Shown piece by piece: positions 18,411 to 30,745 of a stretch of DNA of 64,000 bases. Source of the DNA: Paracoccaceae bacterium (GTDB lineage: Bacteria; Pseudomonadota; Alphaproteobacteria; Rhodobacterales; Rhodobacteraceae); contig JAWKXK010000012.1 of assembly GCA_041397045.1 (NCBI GenBank), forward strand, positions 83,856 to 147,855, in the 5' to 3' direction. The translations under genes and the position numbers were made by a program. The notes beneath the pieces are model-generated. The model was not told the origin of the DNA and did no database searches. It saw nothing but the letters and a program-made list of their open reading frames with translations. The first letter of the stretch is position 1, and every line of letters begins with the position of its first letter.

Positions 18411-20681
18411 ATGAAATTCGGCCAGTCGCAGCCCGCCCATCGGATCGAGGATCATCGTTTCCTGACGGGGCAGGGCCGCTATGTCGATGATATCGCGCCG
18501 AAAGATGCCTTGCGGGCGTGGTTCCTGCGGTCTGACCGGGCGCATGCGGAGATCACGGGGCTGGACCTTGCGGCAGCCCGGGCGGTGCCGGGGGTGCATC
18601 TGATCCTGACGGCCGAGGATCTGCGCGCGGCGGGCGTTGACCCCATCATGCGCGGCAGCCGCGTGGCCAATCGTGATGGCAGCAAGGGGGCGGCCCCGGC
18701 GCGGCCCGTGCTGGCCGAAGGGCGGGTGCGTTTCGTGGGCGAGGCGATTGCCCTGATCGTGGCCGATACGCTGGACGCGGCGCGGGATGCGGCGGAGATG
18801 ATCGGCTTTGACATGGAGGAGCGGCCTGTCTGGCTTTCGCCCGAGCCCGGGGGGGAGGCGATCCATGCCGAAGCGCCGGGGAACCGCGCCTTCGACTACG
18901 GCATCGGCCATGAGGCCGGGACCGAGGCCGCGCTGGCCGGGGCGGCGCAAGTGGTGCGCCTTGAGGTGATCCACAACCGAGTGATCGTGAACCCGATAGA
19001 GCCGCGCGGGGCATGGGCCGAATTCCGGGATGGCCGGTTGCATCTGTGCGTGAACGGGCAGGGTGTCTGGACGCAGAAGCGGGAGCTGGCGCGGATGCTG
19101 GGCCTGCCGGAAGAGGCGGTGCGCGTGACGAACCCGGATGTGGGCGGCGGGTTCGGGATGAAGGCGATGACCTATCCGGAATATGTGGTCATCGCGCAGG
19201 CGGCGCGGATGCTGGGCCGCCCCGTGCGCTGGATGGCGGAGCGGGGGGAGGGGATGCTGACCGACAATGCCGGCCGCGACCTGATCGCCCGGGCCGAGAT
19301 GGGGTTTGATCCGGATCTGAAGATCACCGGCTATCGGGTGACGGTGTTTTCAAACCTTGGGGCCTATAATTCGCAATTCGGCCAACCCATCCAATCGGAG
19401 CTGTTTTCCAAGGTTCTGACCGGGCTTTACGACATTCCCGATGCCTGGCTGAACACCATCGGCACCTTTACCAATACCGCCCCGGTGGATGCCTATCGCG
19501 GGGCCGGGCGGCCCGAGGCGATCTTGACGATCGAGCGGGTGATGGATGAGGCGGCGCGGGTGTTGAACGTGAGCCCCTTTGATCTGCGGCGGCGGAATTT
19601 CATCCGCGCCTTTCCCTATCGGACGGTGACGGGGCAGGTGATCGACGTGGGGGATTTCGACCGCGTCCTGTCGCGCGCCGAGGTGGAGGCGGATGTTGCC
19701 GGTTTTGCCGCGCGGCGGCGGGCGAGCGCGGCTGAGGGGAAGCTTCGGGGGTTGGGGCTGGCGACCTATATCGAATCGATCCTTGGCGATCCATCGGAAA
19801 CCGCGCGGCTGACGCTGGATGAGGATGGCGGGGCGACGCTGCATGTGGGGACGCAATCGAACGGGCAGGGGCATGAAACGGTTTACGCCCGCATGACGGC
19901 GGGGATGACCGGGCTGCCAGAAGAGAAGATCCGCGTCCTGCAGGGGGACAGCGACCTGATCCCCAAGGGCGGCGGGACCGGCGGGTCGCGGTCGGTGACG
20001 GTGCAGGGCACGGCGACGCGGGCCACGGTGATGCAGATGGTGGCGCGGATGGCGGCCTTTCTGGAGGCGGAACTGGGCCTGAGCGAGGTGCGCTTCGATG
20101 ACCTGACCTTTGGCGCGGCGGGATCGAACCTGCGCCTGACGCTGGCCGAGGCGGCGGCGCTGGCGCGCGAGAGGGGCCGCGCGGATCTGTGCGACCATGC
20201 GGCGACGATCACGCTGGAGGGGCGGTCTTTCCCAAATGGTGCGCATCTGGCCGAGGTGGAGATCGACCCGGAAACCGGCGCGCTGCGCGTGGAGCGCTAT
20301 ACCGTGGTGGATGATTTCGGCACGCTGATCGCGCCGGAACTGGCCATCGGCCAGGTGCATGGCGGGATCGCGCAGGGCTATGGGCAGGCGGTGCTGGAGA
20401 CGGCGGTGCATGATGAGACCGGCCAGTTGCTGACGGCGAGTTTCATGGATTACGCCATGCCGCGCGCGGATGACCTGCCCTTCTTCGGCTTTGCGTCGGA
20501 ACCGGTGCCTTCGGTTCTGAACCCGTTCGGGATGAAGGGCTGCGGCGAGGCAGGGACGGTGGGGGCGCTGGGGGCGGTCTCCAATGCGGTGCGCGATGCG
20601 CTGGCCCCGGCGGGCGTGGCGCGGGTGGACATGCCCTTTTCCCCGCAGCGCATCTGGCACTGGTTGCAGGAGGCCAAATGA
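18411..20681 (+). CDS. Xanthine dehydrogenase family molybdopterin-binding subunit (CoxL-like form II)
   Basis: RIEDHRFLTGQGRYVDD, VGGGFGMK, AYRGAGRPEA, GQGHET, GQVHGG, KGCGEAG. Confidence 0.92.
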   Translation: MKFGQSQPAHRIEDHRFLTGQGRYVDDIAPKDALRAWFLRSDRAHAEITGLDLAAARAVPGVHLILTAEDLRAAGVDPIMRGSRVANRDGSKGAAPARPVLAEGRVRFVGEAIALIVADTLDAARDAAEMIGFDMEERPVWLSPEPGGEAIHAEAPGNRAFDYGIGHEAGTEAALAGAAQVVRLEVIHNRVIVNPIEPRGAWAEFRDGRLHLCVNGQGVWTQKRELARMLGLPEEAVRVTNPDVGGGFGMKAMTYPEYVVIAQAARMLGRPVRWMAERGEGMLTDNAGRDLIARAEMGFDPDLKITGYRVTVFSNLGAYNSQFGQPIQSELFSKVLTGLYDIPDAWLNTIGTFTNTAPVDAYRGAGRPEAILTIERVMDEAARVLNVSPFDLRRRNFIRAFPYRTVTGQVIDVGDFDRVLSRAEVEADVAGFAARRRASAAEGKLRGLGLATYIESILGDPSETARLTLDEDGGATLHVGTQSNGQGHETVYARMTAGMTGLPEEKIRVLQGDSDLIPKGGGTGGSRSVTVQGTATRATVMQMVARMAAFLEAELGLSEVRFDDLTFGAAGSNLRLTLAEAAALARERGRADLCDHAATITLEGRSFPNGAHLAEVEIDPETGALRVERYTVVDDFGTLIAPELAIGQVHGGIAQGYGQAVLETAVHDETGQLLTASFMDYAMPRADDLPFFGFASEPVPSVLNPFGMKGCGEAGTVGALGAVSNAVRDALAPAGVARVDMPFSPQRIWHWLQEAK

Positions 20682-20682
20682 A

Positions 20683-20708
20683 AAACGGCGGCCAAGGGGC
20701 CGCCGTTT
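20683..20708. terminator. Probable bidirectional intrinsic terminator
   Basis: AAACGGCGGCC-aagg-GGCCGCCGTTT between the convergent coxL-like gene and gltA. Confidence 0.75.
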
Positions 20709-20728
20709 CAGCATTTTTTCCGATCCGC

Positions 20729-22024
20729 TTAGCGGTGTTTCAGATCGACGTAGTCGCGCTTTTTCTGCCCGACATAAAGCTGGCGCGGACGGCCGATCTT
20801 CTGGTTCTTTTCGCCGATCATTTCCTTCCACTGCGAAATCCAGCCGACGGTGCGCGACAGCGCGAAGATCGGCGTGAACATCGAAGTGGGGAAGCCCATC
20901 GCATCGAGGATGATGCCCGAATAGAAATCGACATTCGGATAGAGCTTTTTCGAGACGAAATATTCGTCTTCCAGTGCGATGCGTTCCAGTTCCTTGGCGA
21001 CCTGCAGGGTGGGGTTGTTCTCGATCCCCATGAGACCCAGCACCTCATCCGCGGATTCCTTCATCACCTTGGCGCGCGGGTCGAAGTTCTTGTAGACGCG
21101 GTGGCCAAAGCCCATCAGGCGGAAGGGATCGTCCTTGTCCTTGGCGCGGGCGATGTATTCGGGGATGCGATCGACCGTCCCGATTTCGCGCAGCATTTCC
21201 AGACAGGCCTGGTTCGCCCCGCCATGGGCCGGGCCCCAGAGGCAGGCGATGCCCGCCGCGATGCAGGCGAAGGGGTTCGCGCCCGACGAGCCTGCCAGAC
21301 GCACCGTGGAGGTGGAGGCGTTCTGTTCATGGTCGGCATGGAGCATCATGATGCGGTCCATCGCCTTGGACAGGACCGGATCCACCACGTAATCCTCGGC
21401 CGGGACGGAGAAGCACATGTGCAGGAAGTTGCCCGCGTAATCGAGGCTGTTCTTCGGATAGACGAAGGGCTGGCCGATGGAATATTTATAGGCCATGGCG
21501 GCGATGGTCGGCAGTTTCGCGATCATGCGGATCGCGGCCACCTCACGCTGCCAGGGATCGTTGATATCGAGCGAGTCGTGATAGAAGGCCGACATCGCGC
21601 CCACCACGCCCACCATCGTGGCCATCGGGTGGCTGTCGCGGCGGAAGCCGCGGAAGAAGTAGTGCATCTGTTCATGCACCATGGTGTGGCGCGTCACGCG
21701 GCCCTTGAAATCGGCCAGTTGGGCGGCGGTGGGCAGTTCGCCGTAAAGCAGCAGGAAGCAGAGTTCGAGATAGGAGGATTTCTCGGCCAGCTGTTCGATG
21801 GGATAGCCGCGATGGAGAAGTTCGCCCTGATCGCCGTCGATATAGGTGATGGCGCTTTCGCAGGCGGCGGTGGAGGTGAAGCCGGGATCAAAGGTGAAGA
21901 CATCCGCCTCGGCATAGAGCTTGCGGATGTCCAGCACGCTGGGCCCGAGGGTGGGCGCGTAGAGCGGCAGATCATAGGACTTGCCATCCAGTGTCAGCGT
22001 CGCGGATTTCTTGCTTTCGGCCAT
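20729..22024 (-). CDS. gltA: Citrate synthase
   Basis: [48 protein letters not shown]. Confidence 0.98.
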   Translation of the reverse strand: MAESKKSATLTLDGKSYDLPLYAPTLGPSVLDIRKLYAEADVFTFDPGFTSTAACESAITYIDGDQGELLHRGYPIEQLAEKSSYLELCFLLLYGELPTAAQLADFKGRVTRHTMVHEQMHYFFRGFRRDSHPMATMVGVVGAMSAFYHDSLDINDPWQREVAAIRMIAKLPTIAAMAYKYSIGQPFVYPKNSLDYAGNFLHMCFSVPAEDYVVDPVLSKAMDRIMMLHADHEQNASTSTVRLAGSSGANPFACIAAGIACLWGPAHGGANQACLEMLREIGTVDRIPEYIARAKDKDDPFRLMGFGHRVYKNFDPRAKVMKESADEVLGLMGIENNPTLQVAKELERIALEDEYFVSKKLYPNVDFYSGIILDAMGFPTSMFTPIFALSRTVGWISQWKEMIGEKNQKIGRPRQLYVGQKKRDYVDLKHR

Positions 22025-22110
22025 CTCTCAACGTCCCTCTCTGGGCCGGATCGCCGGATGCCCGGGATGCGGCGTGTAACTCTGTCGCGGTATACCGGGG
22101 GATGCGATGG

Positions 22111-23538
22111 TCAGGCCGCCGCATCCTCTAGCCGCGCAATCGTTTCGTCCCGACCGATGACGAGCATCATGTCATAGACGCTGGGTGTCGCGCTCCGCCC
22201 GGCAAGAGCGGTGCGCAGGGGGGCGGCAAGCTTGCCGAAGCCGATGCCATGGGCCGTGGCGATTTCCGTCAGGATCGGTTCCAGCCCCTCTTTCGTCCAG
22301 CTAGCAGTTTGCAGGCGCGGCGTCAATAATTTCAGTATACCACGGGATACCGTATCCAGCGCCTTTGCCGATGCCTCATCCGGCAGGATGGGGCGCGATG
22401 TCAGCGCAAAATGCGCCTTTTCAAGGAGTTCCGGGAAAGTCTTGGCACGTTCCTTGACGCAGTAAAGCGCACGCGACAGGAGGTCGCGCTGGCCCGGGGA
22501 AAGGGCGGGCTGTCCGGCGGCGGCAAGATATGCCTCAATCTCATGCAGCAGCGCGGCATCGTCGGTGGCGGCGATGTGCTGGCCGCAGATGTTTTCCAGT
22601 TTCTTGAAATCGAGCCGTGCGGGGGAACGCCCGATTCCCGGCAGATCGAACCAGTCCATCGCCTGCGCGCTGGTGAAGAATTCGTCATCGCCATGCGCCC
22701 AGCCCAGACGGGTCAGGTAGTTGCGCATGCCCGCCGCCGGGTAGCCCTGCGCCTGATAGTCGCCCACCGCGGTGGCGCCGTATGTTTGGAGAGTTTCGTC
22801 GTCCGGCCCATGGATCAGCGGGATATGCGCCCAGACCGGGATATCCCAGCCCATGGCATCATAGACCATCTGCTGGCGTGCGGCGTTGTTCAGGTGATCG
22901 TCGCCCCGGATGACATGGGTCACGCCCATGTCATGGTCATCGACGACCACGGCCAGCATATAGGTGGGCGTTCCGTCGGAACGCAGAACGATCATGTCAT
23001 CCAGTTGGTCATTGCCAAAGCGCACGGTTCCCTGAACGGCATCCTGAACCAGAGTTTCACCCGAACGGGGCGCACGCATCCGGATGGCATAGGGGGCCCC
23101 CGCCGGATGGGTGGCGGGATCTGCATCACGCCACGGGCTTTGGAAGACGGCGTAGCTTGCCCCCTTCGCCTCGGCCTCGGCGCGGAAGGCGGCGATCTCT
23201 TCGGGGGTGGAGAAGCATTTATAGGCCGTCCCGCGGGCGAGCATCTGATGCGCCACCTCGGCATGGCGGTCCTTGCGGGCGAACTGGCTGACGGCGTCGC
23301 CATCCCAATCGAGGCCCAGCCAGCGCAGGCCCTGCAGGATGGCCTCGGTCGCGGCGGGGGTGGAGCGTTCGCGATCCGTATCCTCGATCCGCAGAAGGAA
23401 CTTGCCCCCGCGCCCACGGGCATAGAGCCAGTTGAAAAGCGCGGTGCGCGCCCCGCCGATATGCAGATAGCCCGTCGGAGAGGGGGCGAATCGGGTGACG
23501 ACGGGACTGGTGGCGGGTTTGGCGTCGGCGGCGCACAT
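22111..23538 (-). CDS. gltX: Glutamate--tRNA ligase
   Basis: [45 protein letters not shown]. The KLSKR region is garbled (see findings). Confidence 0.96.
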   Translation of the reverse strand: MCAADAKPATSPVVTRFAPSPTGYLHIGGARTALFNWLYARGRGGKFLLRIEDTDRERSTPAATEAILQGLRWLGLDWDGDAVSQFARKDRHAEVAHQMLARGTAYKCFSTPEEIAAFRAEAEAKGASYAVFQSPWRDADPATHPAGAPYAIRMRAPRSGETLVQDAVQGTVRFGNDQLDDMIVLRSDGTPTYMLAVVVDDHDMGVTHVIRGDDHLNNAARQQMVYDAMGWDIPVWAHIPLIHGPDDETLQTYGATAVGDYQAQGYPAAGMRNYLTRLGWAHGDDEFFTSAQAMDWFDLPGIGRSPARLDFKKLENICGQHIAATDDAALLHEIEAYLAAAGQPALSPGQRDLLSRALYCVKERAKTFPELLEKAHFALTSRPILPDEASAKALDTVSRGILKLLTPRLQTASWTKEGLEPILTEIATAHGIGFGKLAAPLRTALAGRSATPSVYDMMLVIGRDETIARLEDAAA

Positions 23539-23615
23539 GGGTGCATTAACCTTTCGGAAACCAAGGGGAGACTAGGGTTTGCGCCTGTCTAGGCAATCGC
23601 AGGTCGGGAAACAAG

Positions 23616-25665
23616 GTGGAGGGGGTTGGCGGGCTGCAGGAGAGGGCGGGGCTGACCCTTGCGGTGCTGCAGGGGCGGGGCTTTCTGGCCGTGCCGGTGG
23701 GCATGGGTTGCGGGATCGGGATTTGGTTCGCCCTGCCGTTCGAGCCGGGCGGGCGGGAGTATCTGCTGGCGGCGGGGGGGATGGCGGCGCTGCTGGCGCT
23801 GCCGCTGCGGAGCCTGAGGGGGCAGGCGGTGATGCTGGGGCTGGTCTGCATCCTGCTGGGTTTTCTGGCCTGTGGTCTGCGCGTGCTGTCCGTTGCGGCC
23901 CCGATCCTGCCTGCGGAAAGTTACGGGCCGGTGAAGGGGCGCATCGTGGATATCGACCGGTCGCAGACCGGGGCGCTGCGGTTGACGCTGGATCAGGTGT
24001 GGATGGCGCGACGCGCGCCGGAGGAGACGCCGGCGCGAATCCGGCTGTCGCTGCATGGCGATCAGCGCTGGCTGCAGCCGGAGCCGGGGGCCATCGTCAT
24101 GGCGACAGCCTTTCTCTCACCGCCGCGCGGGCCGGTGGAGCCGGGGGCCTTTGACTTTCGGCGCATGGCGTATTTCGCGGGGCTGGGCGCGGTGGGGTAT
24201 ACGCGGAGCCCGGTGCTTGTCTGGCTGGACCCCGCGCCGGATGCGGAATGGGTGGGGCGGATGCGCAGCCATCTGTCGGGGGCGATCCGCGCCCATGTGC
24301 CGGGCGATGCCGGGGCCTTTGCCGCGGGCGTCCTGACCGGCGACAGATCGGGCCTGTCGCCCGAGGCGGTGGCGGCGCTGCGGGATTCGAGCCTTGCGCA
24401 TCTGCTGGCGATTTCGGGGATGAACATGGCCTTTCTGGTGGCCTTCGTCTTTGGCCTGCTGCGCTATGGCATCGCGCTGGTGCCGCCGCTGGCGCTGCGG
24501 GTGAACAGCAAGAAGGTGGCGGCGGTGGTGTCGCTGGGGGTGGCCTATTTCTATCTGCTGCTGTCGGGGGCGAATGTGGCCACGGAGCGCGCCTTCATCA
24601 TGGTTGCGGTGGTGCTGGTGGCGGTGCTGCTGGACCGGCGGGCGATCACGCTGCGATCGGTGGCGATCGCGGGAGCGATCCTGCTGGCATGGCAGCCCGA
24701 GGCGCTGTTGTCGCCGGGGTTTCAGATGAGCTTTGCGGCGACGGTGGCGCTGATCGTGGGGTTTGACGCCATGTCGCGCCGGTGGAGCCGGGGCGCTGGC
24801 CGCGGGGGCAGTTCGTGGCATCGCTGGTGCTGTCTTCGTTGCTGGTGGGGCTGGCTGATGCCTTTGCGGCGGCGCATTTCAACCGCTTTACCGATTACGG
24901 GCTGCTGGCCAATCTGTTGACCGGGCCGGTGATGGGGCTGATCGTGATGCCTGCCGGGGCGATGGCGGCGGTGATGGCGCCGCTGGGGCTGCAGGCGCTG
25001 CCGCTGTGGGTGATGGAGCAGGGATGCCTCTGGATTCTGGCGGTGGCGCATCGGGTGGCGGCGATGGAGGGGGCGGTGACGGCGATCCCCGCGCCGCCGG
25101 GGGCGGTGATGCCGATCCTGTCGCTGGCGCTGTGCCTGCTGGTCTTGTGGCCGGGGTGGGGCGTTGGGCGGGGTGGGGGATCGGCCTTGCGCTGGCGATC
25201 TGGCATCAGGGCGGGCGGCCCGATGTTCTGATCGGCGAGGGGCGGCATGTGGGCGTGATGGGGCCGGAGGGGCGCGCGCTTTCGGCGGCGCGGGGGGGCG
25301 GGTTCCTGCTGACGGGCTGGCTGGAGAATGACGGCGATCTGGAGGGGCAGGCGGCGGCGGCGGTGCGGCCATGGCTTTCGCGACGGGGCGGGCGGGCGGA
25401 TCTTTGATCTTGGCGGGGCGATTGGCCTGCTGGCGGGGCGGGATGAGGTGTTGCCGGGGATGCCTGCCTGCGCCATGCGGTGATCGCGCTGCCGGTGGCG
25501 CAACCGCTGCCGGGCGATTGCCTGCAGGTGGATGATGCGTTCTTGGCGGCGAGCGGCACGCTGGCCATCAGCGCGGGGGGCGATGGCCTGCGGATCATCG
25601 CCACCAATGCCGCGCGACGGTTGTGGTCGCGCGGGGGGGCGCCGCCCGGGGGCGGGGATCAGTAG
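23616..25665 (+). CDS. comEC: ComEC/Rec2 competence protein (several frameshifts in the 3' half)
   Basis: [35 protein letters not shown]; continues as AAHFNR...LLANL (24782 frame) and RPDVLI (25006 frame). Sits between gltX and lexA. Confidence 0.85.
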
Positions 25666-26345
25666 CTGCGGATCAGGCCGACGAGGCGGCCCTGCACGCG
25701 CACGGCGTGATCGGGCAGGACGCGGGTTTCATAGGCGGGGTTGGCTGCCTCGAGCGCGATCATGTTGCCCCGGCGGCGGAAGCGTTTCAGCGTCGCCTCG
25801 GACTCTTCCACAAGGGCCACGACGATATCGCCGTTCTCGGCGGTGGATTGTTCGCGGATCACCACGATGTCGCCGTCGTTGATCCCGGCCTCGATCATCG
25901 AGTCGCCCTTCACCTCAAGCGCGTAGTGATGGCCCCGGCCGGAGAGCATGGAGCCGGGCACGGCGATGTGATGCGAGATTTCGGCAATCGCCTCGATCGG
26001 GACGCCAGCGGCGATGCGGCCCATGACGGGCAGTTCGAGTGCGTGGACCGGTTCCACCGGCAGGGCGGCGGGGGGACGTTCGGGGCGGCTGCCTTCGATC
26101 ACCCGTGGTTTGAAGCCGGGTTTTTCCATCGCTTCGGGCAGTTTGACGATTTCCAGCGCGCGGGCCCGATGGGCGAGGCGGCGGATGAAGCCGCGTTCTT
26201 CCAGCGCGGTGATCAGGCGGTGGATGCCCGATTTGGAGCGCAGATCAAGCGCGTCCTTCATTTCGTCGAAGGACGGGGGGACGCCATCGGCTTCCATCCG
26301 GGTCTTGATGAAATCCAGCAGTTCAAGTTGCTTGCGGGTCAGCAT
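25659..26345 (-). CDS. lexA: SOS repressor LexA
   Basis: [21 protein letters not shown] cleavage site, GDSM, ATLKR. Confidence 0.97.
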   Translation of the reverse strand: MLTRKQLELLDFIKTRMEADGVPPSFDEMKDALDLRSKSGIHRLITALEERGFIRRLAHRARALEIVKLPEAMEKPGFKPRVIEGSRPERPPAALPVEPVHALELPVMGRIAAGVPIEAIAEISHHIAVPGSMLSGRGHHYALEVKGDSMIEAGINDGDIVVIREQSTAENGDIVVALVEESEATLKRFRRRGNMIALEAANPAYETRVLPDHAVRVQGRLVGLIRSY

Positions 26346-26377
26346 GGGCCCCTCCACCGACATGATGTTGGTAGAAT

Positions 26378-26392
26378 GTTCTGCCAGTGTTC
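26378..26392. promoter_or_regulatory. LexA (SOS) box upstream of lexA
   Basis: GTTC-tgccagt-GTTC, the alphaproteobacterial GTTC-N7-GTTC consensus. Confidence 0.88.
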
Positions 26393-26437
26393 CCGTTTTG
26401 TGTCAACCCGTTCTTGCGGGCCGGGACGGGGGGCGGA

Positions 26438-27616
26438 TCAGATGGGCAGGAAATCGACCTCGGTTCCCGCCGCGACGGGGCCATCGCCTGCCGGGCGGAT
26501 CAGGAGGCTGTCGGCCTCGGTCAGGATGGTGATGAGGGCGCTGTCCTGCCTGTCGAAGGGGGTGATGCGGGGAAGGCCGGCACCGGGGGAGAGGCGGGCG
26601 CGCATGTAATGGGTACGCGGGCCTGTGGGGCCGAGATCGCAGCCGAGTTCCGCGCGCTGCGTGGCGGGCGGGTGTTCGCCAAGGCCCAGAAGCGCGCGGA
26701 TCATCGGCAGAAGGAAGAGATGCGCGCAGACGATGGAAGAGACGGGATTGCCCGGCAGGCCCAGCATCGGCACGCCGCGCAGGCGGCCCGCCATCAGCGG
26801 TTTGCCGGGGCGCATGGCGATCTTGTAGAAGGCGCGCTCCATCCCCATGCTTTCGGCGACGCGGCCGACGAGATCATGATCGCCCACCGACGCGCCGCCG
26901 ATGGTGACGATCAGATCGGCGCCTTCGGTCATGGAGAGGACGGTGAAAAGCTCGGCCTCGGTATCGCGGGCGATGGGCAGGAGGCGGGCTTCCGCGCCTT
27001 CGGCTTCGGCCATGGCGGCGAGGGCGAAGGCGTTGGAGGCGATGATCTGGTCGGGGCCGGGATCTTCGCCCGGCATCACGAGTTCGTCGCCGGTGGCGAT
27101 GATGGCCACGACGGGGCGGCGGGTGACGGTCACCTCGGGCAGGTTCATAGCAGCGATGAGGGCGAGGTCATGCGGGCGCAGGCGGCGCGGCGTCAGCATG
27201 GCCCCGGCGCGGAAATCCTGGCCCAAGGGGCGGATGTGGGTGCCGGCATCGGCGCCTGCGCGGATCGTGATGCGGTCGGCGTGGCGGTCGACATCTTCCT
27301 GAATCACGACGCGGGTCGCGCCTTCGGGGATGGGGGCGCCGGTGAAGATGCGGATGGCCTGACCGGGGCCGATCTGACCACGGAAGGCATGGCCGGCCCC
27401 CGCCTCGCCGATGAGGGTGAAGCTGTCGCCCGGGGCGGGATCGCCCTGCAGGGCATAGCCATCCATGGCCGAGGCGGCAAAGGGTGGCTGGTCGCGGCGG
27501 GCGATGGCGGGATGGGCCATCACGCGGCCTGCCGCATGGCGCAGCGAAACGGTTTCCGTGCCGAGGGGCGAGACGAGCGCGAAGCAGCGCGCGAGGGCCT
27601 CGTCCACGGTGATCAC
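26438..27616 (-). CDS. moeA: Molybdopterin molybdotransferase MoeA/Glp
   Basis: [42 protein letters not shown]. Confidence 0.95.
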   Translation of the reverse strand: MITVDEALARCFALVSPLGTETVSLRHAAGRVMAHPAIARRDQPPFAASAMDGYALQGDPAPGDSFTLIGEAGAGHAFRGQIGPGQAIRIFTGAPIPEGATRVVIQEDVDRHADRITIRAGADAGTHIRPLGQDFRAGAMLTPRRLRPHDLALIAAMNLPEVTVTRRPVVAIIATGDELVMPGEDPGPDQIIASNAFALAAMAEAEGAEARLLPIARDTEAELFTVLSMTEGADLIVTIGGASVGDHDLVGRVAESMGMERAFYKIAMRPGKPLMAGRLRGVPMLGLPGNPVSSIVCAHLFLLPMIRALLGLGEHPPATQRAELGCDLGPTGPRTHYMRARLSPGAGLPRITPFDRQDSALITILTEADSLLIRPAGDGPVAAGTEVDFLPI

Positions 27617-28098
27617 GGCGCGGCCTCGTAGCGGCCGGATTTGCCGCCTTCCTTCAGCACAAGGCGGATACCGTCGATCCGCATGCCCTTTTCGGCGGCC
27701 TTGAGCATGTCGTAGATCGTGAGGCAGGCGATGGAGACGGCGGTGAGCGCCTCCATCTCGACCCCGGTCTGGCCGCCGGTCTTGACGGTGGCCTGCACAT
27801 GGATGCCGGGCAGGGCGGGATCGGTCGTCAGATCCAGCGCGACCTTTGTGATGGGCAGCGGGTGGCAGAGCGGGATGAGATCGGCGGTGCGCTTGGCCCC
27901 CATGATGCCTGCAAGCCGGGCGATGCCCAGCACATCGCCCTTGCTGGCGCGGCCCTGCATCACGAGGGCCAGCGTTTCAGGCGACATCAGGACGCGGCCT
28001 TCGGCGAGGGCGAGGCGGGCGGTCACCGGCTTGGCCGAAACATCGACCATATGGGCGTGGCCCTGATCATCGAAATGGCTGAGGGGCGCGTCGGCCAT
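27613..28098 (-). CDS. moaC: Cyclic pyranopterin monophosphate synthase
   Basis: [37 protein letters not shown]. Confidence 0.96.
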   Translation of the reverse strand: MADAPLSHFDDQGHAHMVDVSAKPVTARLALAEGRVLMSPETLALVMQGRASKGDVLGIARLAGIMGAKRTADLIPLCHPLPITKVALDLTTDPALPGIHVQATVKTGGQTGVEMEALTAVSIACLTIYDMLKAAEKGMRIDGIRLVLKEGGKSGRYEAAP

Positions 28099-28103
28099 GG
28101 CCG

Positions 28104-28910
28104 CTATCTCTGGCCCTGAAGGGGGCGGGCGAGGATGGCGCGGGTGGCGGCCTCGACATCCTGCTGGCGCATCAGGCTTTCGCCGATCAGGAAGCAGCGC
28201 GCGCCGAAGCGGGCGAGGTCGGCCAGATCGTCGGGGGTGTAGAGCCCGCTTTCGGCGACGATCAGGCGGTCTTCCGGCACGCGGCGGGCCAGATTGCGCG
28301 TGGTGTCGAGGGTGACTTCGAAAGTGTGCAGGTTGCGGTTGTTGATGCCGATGAGAGGTGATTTCAGCCGGGCGGCGCGGTCGAGTTCGGCCTGATCATG
28401 CACCTCGATCAGGACATCCATGCCCCAGTCCATCGCGCAATCCTCAAGCTCGGCGGCCTGACTGTCGGAGAGGGAGGCCATGATGAGGAGGATGCAATCG
28501 GCATGCAGCCCGCGGGATTCGACGACCTGATAGGGATCGTAGAGGAAATCCTTGCGCAGGCAGGGCAGGGCGGTGGCCTGATGGGCCTGCGTGAGGAAGG
28601 CATCGTCGCCCTGAAAGCTGGGCCCGTCGGTCAGCACCGACAGGCAGGTGGCCCCGCCGGCCTCATAGGCGCGGGCGAGGGCGGGGGGATCGAAATCGGG
28701 GCGGATCAGGCCCTTGGAGGGGCTGGCCTTCTTGATTTCCGCGATCAGGCCATAGCCGCCATGGGCGGCTTCGGTCAGGGCGCGGGTAAAGCCGCGCGGC
28801 GCGGGCGCGGCATTGGCGGCCTCTTCCAGATCCTGCAGCGACCGCCGCGCTTTGCGTTCGGCGACGTCCTGCAGCTTGTAGGCCTTGATACGGTCGAGAA
28901 TGGTGCTCAT
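28104..28910 (-). CDS. trpC: Indole-3-glycerol phosphate synthase
   Basis: [34 protein letters not shown]. Confidence 0.97.
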   Translation of the reverse strand: MSTILDRIKAYKLQDVAERKARRSLQDLEEAANAAPAPRGFTRALTEAAHGGYGLIAEIKKASPSKGLIRPDFDPPALARAYEAGGATCLSVLTDGPSFQGDDAFLTQAHQATALPCLRKDFLYDPYQVVESRGLHADCILLIMASLSDSQAAELEDCAMDWGMDVLIEVHDQAELDRAARLKSPLIGINNRNLHTFEVTLDTTRNLARRVPEDRLIVAESGLYTPDDLADLARFGARCFLIGESLMRQQDVEAATRAILARPLQGQR

Positions 28911-28966
28911 GGGTTCTGACTATCCCCTGTCGGGCGGGAAGGAAAGGGGACGCGTCCCCCGGCCCA

Positions 28967-29983
28967 TCAGGCCGCCGAGGTGAGGCGGGCCAGCGCCGCG
29001 ACCTTGGCCCGGGCGGCGCCGCTGTCGATGGAGGCGCGGGCGAGGGTGACGCCTTCGGCAAGGCTGGCGGCGCGGTCGGCCACCAGAAGGGCGGCGGCGG
29101 CGTTGAGAAGGACCGCATCGCGATAGGCCCCGGGCGCACCATCGAGCAGCGCGCGGAAGGCAGCGGCGTTTTCGGCGGGGCTGCCGCCAAGGATGGCTTC
29201 GAAGGGGTGATAGGGCAGGCCCGCATCTTCGGGGCCGATGTCGAATTCGCGGATCCGGCCGTCTTCCAGCGCGGCCACCTGCGAGCGGGCCGAAATCGCC
29301 AGTTCATCCGTGCCGTCGCCGCCATGGACGAGCCATGCCTTTTCCGACCCCAGCGCCAGCAGCGTTTCGGCCATGGGACGGATCAGCGCCGGGCTGAAGG
29401 CACCGGTCAGTTGCCGCCTCGCGCCTGCGGGATTGGTGAGGGGGCCGAGGATGTTGAAGATGGTGCGGGTGCCAAGTTCAGCCCGCACCGGCCCGACATG
29501 GCGCATGGCGGGATGGTGCATCGGCGCCATCATGAAGCCGATCCCGGCTTCGGCGAGGCAATGTTCCACGATCTCGGGGCCGACCATCACGTTCAGGCCA
29601 AGTTCCGTCAGCGCATCGGCGGAGCCGGATTTGGAGGAAAGGTTGCGGTTGCCATGCTTGGCCACCGGCACGCCCGCGCCCGCCACCACGAAGGCCGCGG
29701 CGGTGGAGATGTTGAGCGTGCCCTTCCCGTCGCCGCCGGTGCCCACGATATCCATCGCGCCGGGCGGGGCCTTCACCTTGTGGCATTTGGCGCGCATCAC
29801 GGTGGCGGCGGCGGCGAATTCATCCACCGTCTCGCCCCGGGTGCGCAGCGCCATGAGGAAGCCGCCCATCTGGGCCGGGGTGCCTTCGCCGTTGAAGAGC
29901 GCCTCGAAGGCGCGTTCGGCCTCGGCCCGGGTGAGGGGGCGTTCGGCGGCGGTGCCGATCAGCGGGCGGAGGGCATCGCTCAT
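28967..29983 (-). CDS. trpD: Anthranilate phosphoribosyltransferase
   Basis: [31 protein letters not shown]; start MSDALR at 29983. Confidence 0.97.
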   Translation of the reverse strand: MSDALRPLIGTAAERPLTRAEAERAFEALFNGEGTPAQMGGFLMALRTRGETVDEFAAAATVMRAKCHKVKAPPGAMDIVGTGGDGKGTLNISTAAAFVVAGAGVPVAKHGNRNLSSKSGSADALTELGLNVMVGPEIVEHCLAEAGIGFMMAPMHHPAMRHVGPVRAELGTRTIFNILGPLTNPAGARRQLTGAFSPALIRPMAETLLALGSEKAWLVHGGDGTDELAISARSQVAALEDGRIREFDIGPEDAGLPYHPFEAILGGSPAENAAAFRALLDGAPGAYRDAVLLNAAAALLVADRAASLAEGVTLARASIDSGAARAKVAALARLTSAA

Positions 29984-30573
29984 GCCGGCACCCGTGCGGC
30001 GGCCTTCGCCTCGTCCAGGAAATTGCGCAGCAGTTGGTGGCCGTGTTCGGAGGCGATGCTTTCGGGGTGGAACTGCACGCCCTCGATGAGCCGCTCCTTG
30101 TGGCGCAGGCCCATGATCGTGCCATCCTCGAGCCATGCCGTCACCTCGAGGCAATCGGGCAGGGTGGCGCGATCCACGATCAGCGAGTGGTAGCGCGTGG
30201 CGAGAAAGGGCGAGGGAAGGCCACGGAAGACGCCTTTGCCGGCGTGATGCATGCTGCCCATCTTGCCATGCACGATTTCATGGCAGCGGATGACGTTGCC
30301 GCCGAAGGCCTGACCGATGGTCTGATGACCCAGACAGACGCCCAGAAGGGGGATTCGCGCCTCGGCCGCGGCGGTGGTGAGCGGCAGGCAGATGCCCGCC
30401 TGTGCCGGATCGCAGGGGCCGGGCGAGAGGACGATGCATTCGGGGCGCAGCGCCAGCACGGACTGGACATCCAGCGCATCGTTGCGCTTCACGACGACAT
30501 CCGCGCCCAACTCGCCCAGATAATGGACGAGGTTGTAGGTAAAGCTGTCATAGTTGTCGATCAGAAGCAGCAT
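29980..30573 (-). CDS. trpG: Anthranilate synthase component II
   Basis: [30 protein letters not shown]. Confidence 0.96.
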   Translation of the reverse strand: MLLLIDNYDSFTYNLVHYLGELGADVVVKRNDALDVQSVLALRPECIVLSPGPCDPAQAGICLPLTTAAAEARIPLLGVCLGHQTIGQAFGGNVIRCHEIVHGKMGSMHHAGKGVFRGLPSPFLATRYHSLIVDRATLPDCLEVTAWLEDGTIMGLRHKERLIEGVQFHPESIASEHGHQLLRNFLDEAKAAARVPA

Positions 30574-30745
30574 CTTGCAGGGCCTTGCCGGATAGGGGAT
30601 GAACCCCGGAGAGGGACGGGCTATACATGGGCCGAGCGGCGAAGGGGCGTCAAGTCAAAGTGACGTTCTGCAGAGATGGCCGGAGGATATGGCCGCGCGG
30701 GCAGGCCGGTTCCGGACGGGGTGACAGGCAATGGGAGTGATCGGG

